From an uncultured Thermotogae bacterium (GTDB lineage Bacteria > Bipolaricaulota > Bipolaricaulia > UBA7950 > UBA9294), in assembly GCA_964554715.1 (NCBI GenBank), contig CAZKPU010000002.1, forward strand, positions 1 through 61,953: a DNA stretch of 61,953 bases, read 5' to 3'. The translations under genes and the position numbers were made by a program. Positions 54,821 through 61,953 of this stretch are shown here, piece after piece (positions within the stretch are counted from its first letter, which is position 1; every line of letters begins with the position of its first letter). Under the pieces are notes generated by a model that did no database searches, was not told the DNA's origin, and worked only from the letters and a program-made list of their open reading frames with translations.

Positions 54821-56023
54821 ATGCGGCTTGTATGCGATCTTCATGTGCACTCGCGGTTCAGCCTGGCCACCAGCCAAGGCATGGTGATCCCCGAGATGGC
54901 GCGATGGGCGCAGCGCAAAGGGATCGATCTGTTGGGAACCGGCGACTTCACGCATCCCGGGTGGTTGAGCCACCTTCGATCCGAGCTTTCCGAAAGCCCC
55001 GAAGGACTCTATGAGAGCCACGGAACAAGATTTCTGTTGTCGGCTGAGATCGCGCTTGTATGGCGGCAAGCCGGGAAAGGACGTCGCGTCCACCTTGTGT
55101 TGCTTGCCGAGACGTTCGAGGACGCGGCTGCTGTGGCTCGGGTGCTCGACCCGTTCGGGAAGCTTGGATCAAACGGTCGTCCGATGCTCAAAGCCAGCGC
55201 GGTTGCCGCCCTTGACGCGATCTGGAATGCTGTGCCCTCGATCGAAGTCATTCCGGCTCACATCTGGACGCCGTGGTACTCGGTGTTCGGCTCGAAATCG
55301 GGGTTCGACTCGCTGGAAGAGTGCTTCGGTCCTCATGTAGGAAGGATCCATGCGCTGGAGACCGGCCTCTCGAGCGATCCGCCGATGAACCGCTTGGTTT
55401 CGTCTCTGGACCGGTATTCGCTTGTCTCGTCGTCGGACGCTCACTCGCCGAGGAACCTCGGAAGAGAAGCCACCGTCCTCGATCTTCCGGTGGCTTCGTT
55501 TGCGGCGGTGATCGATGCGATGCACGCAGCGGGTCGCAGTGGGCGGATCGCGGAGACGATCGAGTTTCACCCTCAGCACGGGAAGTATCACTACGACGGA
55601 CATCGGCGATGCGGAGTCCTGCAAGACCCTGCGACGACGATCACGAAGGATCCGATCCCGATTTGCCCGGTGTGCGGGAAGCCGCTGACGCTCGGTGTTC
55701 TGCGTCGAGTTCTCACCGTTGCCGACCGCCATGATCCGGTTGAAACCGTTCCCTTTGCACGGGTGATTCCTCTTGAGCAGATCTTGTCCCAGGTGTTTGC
55801 AGTCGGGGTTGGAGCACGCCGCGTTCATCGGACGTACGAACAGCTGATCACGCGGGTTGGGACGGAGCTGTTCGTGCTGCGCGAGGCCACGAAGGAGCAG
55901 TTGATGGAAGGCGCATCGGCCGATATCGTCGGAGGTATCCTTGCCGCGCGAAACGGGAACGTCAGGATCCGCCCCGGATACGACGGCGAATACGGGACCG
56001 TGACGATTGACGGGGTGGCGTGA
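54821..56023 (+). CDS. endonuclease Q family protein (PHP domain plus zinc finger)
   Basis: DLHVHSRFS, GTGDFTHP, PAHIWTPW, ETGLSSD, SDAHS, GKYHYDGH, CPVCG, PGYDGEYG. Confidence 0.9.
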   Translation: MRLVCDLHVHSRFSLATSQGMVIPEMARWAQRKGIDLLGTGDFTHPGWLSHLRSELSESPEGLYESHGTRFLLSAEIALVWRQAGKGRRVHLVLLAETFEDAAAVARVLDPFGKLGSNGRPMLKASAVAALDAIWNAVPSIEVIPAHIWTPWYSVFGSKSGFDSLEECFGPHVGRIHALETGLSSDPPMNRLVSSLDRYSLVSSSDAHSPRNLGREATVLDLPVASFAAVIDAMHAAGRSGRIAETIEFHPQHGKYHYDGHRRCGVLQDPATTITKDPIPICPVCGKPLTLGVLRRVLTVADRHDPVETVPFARVIPLEQILSQVFAVGVGARRVHRTYEQLITRVGTELFVLREATKEQLMEGASADIVGGILAARNGNVRIRPGYDGEYGTVTIDGVA

Positions 56024-56076
56024 AGCTGGCAAGCGTTTGCGCCAAGCAAGCGGAACGGAGGACGGGCTTGCGAGCG

Positions 56077-57084
56077 TCAGAACGCTGCATCCAGCTGTCG
56101 CTGAACGGAATCACGGGTTTCGTGATCACAGAAAGCCGCATCGATGCTGTTCTGGAGGATCTGACGAACGTCGTCTCGGGACAGGTCGAACGCGTCGACC
56201 ATGACTTTCATCTCACGGGTGCACGAAGTCTGTGACATCAAACGGTTGTCGGTGTTTATGGTGACGCGGATTCCCTGTCTGCGGAACGAATCGAAGGGGT
56301 GATCCGCGTACTGCTTCATCCGTCCGGACACCTGAAGGTTGCTGGTTGGGCAAAGCTCCAAGGGAATGCCGTCCTTGACAACGCGCTCAAGCGCGGACGG
56401 ATCGTGATCGAGGTAGATCCCATGACCGATGCGCTCCGTTCCCAGATCGATCACCTCGCGGATCTGTTCGGGACAACATCCTTCCCCAGCGTGGAGGGTG
56501 AGATGAAGGCCCACATCGCGGGCGAATCCGATGGCGGTCTTGTGAAGGATCGGCGGGTAGTTGTGTTCCGGCCCCGCCAGATCGAAGCCGACGACGCCCT
56601 TCTTGCGGAACTGCGCCGCAAGCTGAGCTACTTCCACGGAACGCTCGCGTGATTCATTGCGCATCGCCGAAAGGATCAACCGGACATGAATGGGAAACCG
56701 ATCTTCCGCATGGTGCAGGCCTGCGAGCACCGATGTAACGACCTCGCGCGGTGATAACCCGCACTTCGTGTGAAGAAGGGGAGCGAATCGTATCTCCAAG
56801 TACACCACGTGCTCGGATGCTGCATCCTCGCAAAGTTCCAGAGCGGCCCGCTCCAGTGAATCGCTGTCTTGAAGGACTTCAAGCGTGTACTCGAACGACT
56901 TGAGGTATTCCTCCAACGAACACCGCATTGGCGGTATGACGGCTTGCTCCAAGTCGAGATCGTCGGGGAATCGGCGCTCTTCCGGCAGGCAAGCGGCCAG
57001 TTCCTTGAGCGTATCGAGACGCAACGAGCCGTCGAGGTGGACATGTAGATCCAGCTTTGGAAGGTCCCTTATCCAATCATCCAT
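56077..57084 (-). CDS. add: adenosine deaminase
   Basis: LHVHLDGS, GFDLAGPE, HAGE, RIGHG, CPTSN, NTDN. Confidence 0.92.
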   Translation of the reverse strand: MDDWIRDLPKLDLHVHLDGSLRLDTLKELAACLPEERRFPDDLDLEQAVIPPMRCSLEEYLKSFEYTLEVLQDSDSLERAALELCEDAASEHVVYLEIRFAPLLHTKCGLSPREVVTSVLAGLHHAEDRFPIHVRLILSAMRNESRERSVEVAQLAAQFRKKGVVGFDLAGPEHNYPPILHKTAIGFARDVGLHLTLHAGEGCCPEQIREVIDLGTERIGHGIYLDHDPSALERVVKDGIPLELCPTSNLQVSGRMKQYADHPFDSFRRQGIRVTINTDNRLMSQTSCTREMKVMVDAFDLSRDDVRQILQNSIDAAFCDHETRDSVQRQLDAAF

Positions 57085-57213
57085 TCCGGAATCTATGTTG
57101 ACTCAGATCGTCGCTCCGGTCAACCCGCATCGGATGTTGAAAGAGAGCCGCGAGTACTGGAGAATGGGGCCGGTTTCCATAGGCGGGCTAGTGGATGTAT
57201 AGAGGAGGCTAAT

Positions 57214-58818
57214 ATTTCGGTTGTATCGCTGATCTTTTCGACTGCTGGCGGTGTGGCGTTATTCCTGTACGGACTCCATGTTCTCAGCGACGCACTTAAG
57301 CGAGCGGCAGGCGAACGCATGCGAAACCTGCTCGAACGTTTGACCGGTCGTCCCTGGCGGGGAGCAATCGTCGGCGCGGTGACCTCGGGCGTGCTTCAGA
57401 GCAGCAGCATGACCATGGTCCTGCTGATCGGACTGATCAACGCCGGAGTGCTGACATTGGCTCAGGGAATCGGCGTGATGCTCGGATCGGAGATCGGGAC
57501 GACGTTCACCGCTCAGATCATCGCGTTCAAGATCGGGCAGTACTACTTGCCTGTCATTGCCGTTGGGTTCATCCTTTCGGCCGTCAGTCGCCACCGGCGG
57601 CTGCACGATGTTGGCCGGATCATCCTCGGGTTCGGTCTTCTGTTTCTCGGGATGGACATCCTTTCGTCGGGGCTACGCGGCTTGGCGGATACACCGTTTG
57701 TGCTGCACCTTCTTGAGTCGTGCGGGGCCAACGTCTTGCTGGGTGTCGCCGTCGGAGCGGTTGTTACCGCCGTGATCCAGAGTTCATCCGCGATGACAGC
57801 GATGGTGATCGCCATGGGGAGCGCCGGGATCATTACGCTTCCGGCAGCGATCGCGCTCGTTCTCGGAGCCAATATCGGAACGACGATCACGGCTCAGATT
57901 GCGTCGATCGGTTCCTCGCTTTCTTCCCGGCGGCTTGCGATCGGCCAGCTGGTCGTCAACGTCTTCGGTGTCGGCCTCTTCCTCCCATGGCTCCCCGCGT
58001 ACGCGCGTCTTGTAGAAGGGACAGCGGGAACCCTGGTTCGACAGATCGCCAACGCTCACACGATCTTCAATGTGGCGGTGACGTTGCTGTTGGTTCCGTG
58101 TGTGCCGGCGCTTGTGTGGATCGCCAAAAGACTGGTTCGGGGTAGAGAGAGCGCCGAATCGATTCCTCGAGCGCCTCTGTCGCGAGAGCTGCTGAAGACA
58201 CCGGTGATGGCGATCAACCACGCAAGTCAGGCGATCATGATCATGGCCGAAACAGTCATCCGCATGCTGGAGACAGCGCGTACGGCATTCCTGAAGGCCG
58301 ATCTCGATTCGGTTCAGGAAACGCTCGAACTGGAGGAAAGCGTGGATCGATTCTTCCATGATCTGGATGGATATCTTGATGATATCGACCCTCATGGCCT
58401 GTCCGACGCGGATACGCGAAGGCTCCACGTTCTCCGCCATGCGGTGCACGACTTGGAGCGGATCGGGGATCACGCGGTGAACATCGCCGAGCGTGGCCGT
58501 GTCCGCGTCCGGCACATTGTTGAACTCTCCTATGAAGCGCGCTCGGAGGTGTCCACGCTGTTCGATCGCGTCGAGCATATGCTCGACCGGGTGCTTGCCG
58601 GCCTGCGGGAGGAGGACAGGGCACTCGTGGAAAGCGCGGCCGCGATGGAGAAGGAGATCGATCACCTTGAGGAACAGTACAAGCAGAGACACATCCGCCG
58701 AATCGAGGACGGTGTATGCGATCCCGAGATGGGGGTGCTGTTCGTGGAAGCCTTGCGCAACCTCGAGCGGATCGGCGATCACGCGATGAATATCGCCGGG
58801 GACGTGCTCACGTTCTGA
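57214..58818 (+). CDS. Na/Pi cotransporter (NptA family with PhoU-like domains); probable ATT start
   Basis: QSSS motifs twice, GANIGTT, ERIGDHA twice; frame open upstream of GTG 57253, with AGAGGAGG 5 nt before ATT 57214. Confidence 0.9.
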   Translation: MSVVSLIFSTAGGVALFLYGLHVLSDALKRAAGERMRNLLERLTGRPWRGAIVGAVTSGVLQSSSMTMVLLIGLINAGVLTLAQGIGVMLGSEIGTTFTAQIIAFKIGQYYLPVIAVGFILSAVSRHRRLHDVGRIILGFGLLFLGMDILSSGLRGLADTPFVLHLLESCGANVLLGVAVGAVVTAVIQSSSAMTAMVIAMGSAGIITLPAAIALVLGANIGTTITAQIASIGSSLSSRRLAIGQLVVNVFGVGLFLPWLPAYARLVEGTAGTLVRQIANAHTIFNVAVTLLLVPCVPALVWIAKRLVRGRESAESIPRAPLSRELLKTPVMAINHASQAIMIMAETVIRMLETARTAFLKADLDSVQETLELEESVDRFFHDLDGYLDDIDPHGLSDADTRRLHVLRHAVHDLERIGDHAVNIAERGRVRVRHIVELSYEARSEVSTLFDRVEHMLDRVLAGLREEDRALVESAAAMEKEIDHLEEQYKQRHIRRIEDGVCDPEMGVLFVEALRNLERIGDHAMNIAGDVLTF

Positions 58819-58855
58819 CCCGGCGGGCGGCTCGGATCCGATCTTCGGCCGATTC

Positions 58856-59146
58856 CTAGCGCATCTTCGCGAACGCGGATGCCACCTTCTCATGCAGGCG
58901 CGACGACTCGTTCGTTCGGTCATCGATGCGGATCGAGACAGTGACACGGCCGCAATCCTTGAGAAGCTCGTCCCGACAACGCTTGATCAGAGCCATGACA
59001 TCGTCCCAATCGCCTTCGACGTTCGTTCCCATAGCGTGATGCTCAAACGGCAGCCCGCTCGTTTCAATCAGGCGGAACACGCGGGCGATATAGGGGCTGA
59101 GGCTGACTCCTTTGCCGATCGGTGCGATGCTGAACTCGGCGATCAT
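58856..59146 (-). CDS. MTH1187/YkoF-like thiamine-binding protein
   Basis: MIAEFSIAPIG, AMGTNVEGDWD, IRIDDR; SD GGAGG. Confidence 0.88.
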   Translation of the reverse strand: MIAEFSIAPIGKGVSLSPYIARVFRLIETSGLPFEHHAMGTNVEGDWDDVMALIKRCRDELLKDCGRVTVSIRIDDRTNESSRLHEKVASAFAKMR

Positions 59147-59177
59147 GGAACACCTCCAGGCTGCGCAGTGATGCGAA

Positions 59178-60095
59178 TCAGTAAACCAGGTTGTAGCTCT
59201 CCTGGTCTCCCACTCCCTCAATCACGATGGTTCGCTCTTCGCTGTCGAGGACCACAGCCGCCCAAGAGGGAGGCGTACCCTGGTCGACGAGTGCTTCGAA
59301 CGTGATGTAGTGGATTCCGTCGATCACCGAGTGGTGGTTGGCGTGTGCATGGCCCTGAAAGACGGCGATGACATCCCCATCTTCGGTAAGAACCTGCTGC
59401 AACTGCGTTGCGTTGGCGATTACGGCACGGCCCCATTCCTCTACGAAATCCTCGATCCGCTGGTGAACACAGATCACCGTCGGGAGATCGGTGGAAGCGA
59501 GATCCTCGGCCAGCCACTGCAGCTCGACATCGGGAACGAAACCGGCGACCCCGGTGTACGTGTGAGCCAGATCATCTCCCTGGTCGTCGAACTGGACATC
59601 AAGAACCACCAGATGGAACCCGTTCGCATCCAGGCTGTAGTAGGTGCTGTCCAGCCCAAGCCGTTCCTTGATCTGCTCCTTATCGAGGTTATAGACATCG
59701 TGGTTCCCGACAACGTGAAGCCGCGGCCCGTGAAACCCGGCAAGAAGGCCATCCGCCCAGGAAAGGATGCCGGGAATCCGTGATGGATCCCCGGGGTCTA
59801 CACCGAGCACGATCCAACCGTTGATGAAATCGCCGAGCTGGATCACCAGATCCGCCGGCCACTCGTTCATCGCGTTGACGAATTCTGTCAATCGCTGTTC
59901 TGTATTCGACATCCACTTGCCTTCGATCGGGGAATCGAGGTCGTGGGCATGAAGATCGGCGATCACTCCGATCCTTAGAACAGATTCTGCTTGGACAGCG
60001 GAGGGTGCGAAGACAACTGTGAGCAGGACCGTCATCATGAGTACAACCGTGGCCGGCCGCCGCCGTGCGTCGCTCGGGCGAAGCATCTTGCGCAT
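59178..60095 (-). CDS. secreted calcineurin-like metallophosphoesterase (paralog 1)
   Basis: signal peptide; D-L-H, GDFING, GNHD, HQ, GHAH. Confidence 0.88.
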   Translation of the reverse strand: MRKMLRPSDARRRPATVVLMMTVLLTVVFAPSAVQAESVLRIGVIADLHAHDLDSPIEGKWMSNTEQRLTEFVNAMNEWPADLVIQLGDFINGWIVLGVDPGDPSRIPGILSWADGLLAGFHGPRLHVVGNHDVYNLDKEQIKERLGLDSTYYSLDANGFHLVVLDVQFDDQGDDLAHTYTGVAGFVPDVELQWLAEDLASTDLPTVICVHQRIEDFVEEWGRAVIANATQLQQVLTEDGDVIAVFQGHAHANHHSVIDGIHYITFEALVDQGTPPSWAAVVLDSEERTIVIEGVGDQESYNLVY

Positions 60096-60099
60096 CGAC

Positions 60100-60999
60100 T
60101 CAGAACGTGTACGTAGCATCCGGCTGATCCCCCTCGCCGTCGATCACAAGGGTTCGGGCTTCACCATCCAACGTGACCACCGCCCACGTCGGTGGGATCG
60201 GCTCGGTGTGATCGACCATTGCGGCGAATGTGATGTAGTGGATCCCTTCGATCTCCGAATGAGAGAACTCGTGTGTGTGACCCTGGAACACGGCGACAAC
60301 CGGTCCTGCTGCCTCAAGAACGCTGCGAACCTCGAGGTGGTTCTTGATCTCAGGACCGCCGGCGAGCAGGGCGAAGTCCACATCAAGTGGCTGATGGATG
60401 CAGACGATCGTGGGCTTGTCCGTGGCTTCCAGATCCTCCCTCAGCCACTCGAGTTCCGCCTGCGGTACGTTGCCGGGGACGACCCAAAACGCGTGGCCGA
60501 GATCTTCTCCGGCTGCGTTGTACTGAGCGTCCAGAAGGACGATGTGGAATCCGCCGATGTCGAAGCTCAGCCGTGCGGAGTCGGCCGCGACGATGTCCAG
60601 AAATTCCTCCTTGTCCAGGGAATAGACGTCATGATTGCCAAGGACGTAGTAGCGGGGAGGCTCCAGTTCGGCGAGGAACGCTTCCGCCGATGCGAGGATC
60701 GCGGGAATCCTTGCCTCGTCACCCGCCTCTCCCCCCATGACGAACGTTCCGTTGACCAGATCGCCGAGCCCGATTACGGCATCGACTTCGATGCTGTTCA
60801 TGGCTTCGACAAACGCGGCCAGGCGATCGCCGTAGTTGGTCATCACCTTTCCCTCAACCGGTGAATCCGTGTCGTGTGCGTGGACATCGGTGACGATTCC
60901 GATTCGGACCGGAGCAGCTGGTGCCACGATCCCAACGGCCGTGCACAGCACAAACAGCCAGCCAACGATCGCGACGAGCGAACGGCTTCGGGTCGACAT
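60100..60999 (-). CDS. secreted calcineurin-like metallophosphoesterase (paralog 2)
   Basis: signal peptide; D-V-H, GDLVNG, GNHD, HQ, GHTH. Confidence 0.88.
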   Translation of the reverse strand: MSTRSRSLVAIVGWLFVLCTAVGIVAPAAPVRIGIVTDVHAHDTDSPVEGKVMTNYGDRLAAFVEAMNSIEVDAVIGLGDLVNGTFVMGGEAGDEARIPAILASAEAFLAELEPPRYYVLGNHDVYSLDKEEFLDIVAADSARLSFDIGGFHIVLLDAQYNAAGEDLGHAFWVVPGNVPQAELEWLREDLEATDKPTIVCIHQPLDVDFALLAGGPEIKNHLEVRSVLEAAGPVVAVFQGHTHEFSHSEIEGIHYITFAAMVDHTEPIPPTWAVVTLDGEARTLVIDGEGDQPDATYTF

Positions 61000-61126
61000 G
61001 AAGGGGCCTCCTTGCTCTTCTCGTTCCTTAGGTTCGATCTTCCGGCTCTGACAGGAAGCCTAGCTTCATCTTCGCTAGGCGGCAAGAGTTGAAGCGATCG
61101 AAACCGCCGCGTACGGTTACCGGATC

Positions 61127-61444
61127 ATGAAGATTACCGACTGGCAGAAAGATGTACACAAGACAGCACGCGAGCACGGATGGTGGGACCGGCCTCGCAG
61201 TACCGGCGAAGTACTGATGTTGATGGTGACCGAACTCGCCGAGGCGATGGAAGCCTACCGGGTTGGAAATCCCCCGAGCGAAAAGATCCCTCCGTTTACG
61301 CAACTGGAGGAAGAACTCGCGGATTGCCTCATCCGCATGCTGGATTTTGCGGCTGCCGAGGAGCTGGATATCGAGGGTGCGCTTGCCGCGAAGGCTGCCT
61401 ACAACGCAAACCGACCCTACAGACACGGCAACAAGCTCGCGTAG
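61127..61444 (+). CDS. MazG-like nucleotide pyrophosphohydrolase
   Basis: ELAEAMEA...EEELADCLIR acidic motif; NANRPYRHG tail. Confidence 0.82.
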   Translation: MKITDWQKDVHKTAREHGWWDRPRSTGEVLMLMVTELAEAMEAYRVGNPPSEKIPPFTQLEEELADCLIRMLDFAAAEELDIEGALAAKAAYNANRPYRHGNKLA

Positions 61445-61469
61445 CGCGGCGCAAGAACCGCCTGTGCGA

Positions 61470-61953
61470 TTACGGTACGGCCGGCGGTTGGGACGCGGCA
61501 GCACGGCCGAGCTCGAACGCCGTTTGGTTCAGCTTGACAACCGAATCCCCCTTGCGGACGAACATCACTTCGATCGCCTGTCGAAACCCGGCTTCCTCGA
61601 TCGGCAGCAGCTCCGAAAGCGCTCCTAGCAAGACGATGTTCGCGGTCCGCGGAGATCCGGCCTCGCGCGCGAGACGCTCCGCGTCGATCCATGTAACCCT
61701 CGTGCGGGACGAAAGTTCCGTCCGCAGAGCACGCTCATCGGGATAGTCAGGGATGTTCCGAACCGGTGACGTGTTGCAGAGCACGACCCCGTCATCGGCC
61801 AACATCGACACGTGCCGCAACGCCTCCATTGGCTCCATGGCCAACAACAGATCAGCCGAGCCGACAGCGATGAGATCGGACGCAATCGGCCGATCGGAAA
61901 GCCGCAGATAGCTGTGGACGGCTCCGCCGCGCTGAGCCATCCCGTGGACTTCG
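61470..61953 (-). CDS. iorB: indolepyruvate:ferredoxin oxidoreductase beta subunit (5'-partial, runs off the window)
   Basis: EVHGMAQRGGAVHSYLR, ADLLLAMEPMEALR, ANIVLLGA. Confidence 0.88.
   Translation of the reverse strand, partial: EVHGMAQRGGAVHSYLRLSDRPIASDLIAVGSADLLLAMEPMEALRHVSMLADDGVVLCNTSPVRNIPDYPDERALRTELSSRTRVTWIDAERLAREAGSPRTANIVLLGALSELLPIEEAGFRQAIEVMFVRKGDSVVKLNQTAFELGRAAASQPPAVP

Noticed and set aside
1-61953. tRNA, rRNA, transposase, integrase or prophage
   Set aside because: No T-arm/cloverleaf, rRNA signature or DDE/recombinase motif seen by eye; tRNAscan-SE, barrnap and ISEScan would be decisive.

Overview
GC-rich bacterial chromosomal window with no rRNA, tRNA, CRISPR array or transposase that I could recognise. 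The lineage is tentatively Candidatus Bipolaricaulota/Acetothermia or a similar deep-branching anaerobe; this is inference only and needs a ribosomal-protein tree. 1-14 kb: infB-DUF503-rbfA, a peptide/nickel-type ABC importer with a permease-ATPase-ATPase triple fusion, cca, a solo HerA-like ATPase, hpf, a degenerate ThiI/MnmA-like PP-loop protein and an FmdB zinc-ribbon gene. 14-37 kb: a heavily inserted rpoC with no rpoB in front of it, then a 33-gene rpsL-to-rplQ superoperon. The superoperon has a perfect TTGACA-N17-TATAAT promoter, lacks tuf and rpmD, and encodes a uS11 missing its conserved tail. 37-43 kb: threonine dehydrogenase, an AEC transporter and hydantoinase/oxoprolinase A+B. 42.7-50.3 kb is the most novel part, a cluster of four exported-protein genes. 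It centres on a ~1310-aa secreted protein with ~800 residues of register-locked (Ala-X)n sequence and a 32-residue Cys-bearing period, and it converges on a secreted protein preceded by a clear c-di-GMP-I riboswitch (candidate silk-like fibre or matrix system). 50-62 kb: Fpg/Nei, hypCDE, ATL, a PKD lipoprotein, EndoQ, adenosine deaminase, a Na/Pi symporter with a probable AUU start, two tandem secreted metallophosphoesterases, a MazG-like protein and partial iorB. Many start codons were corrected from the ORF track using SD sites and homology knowledge.
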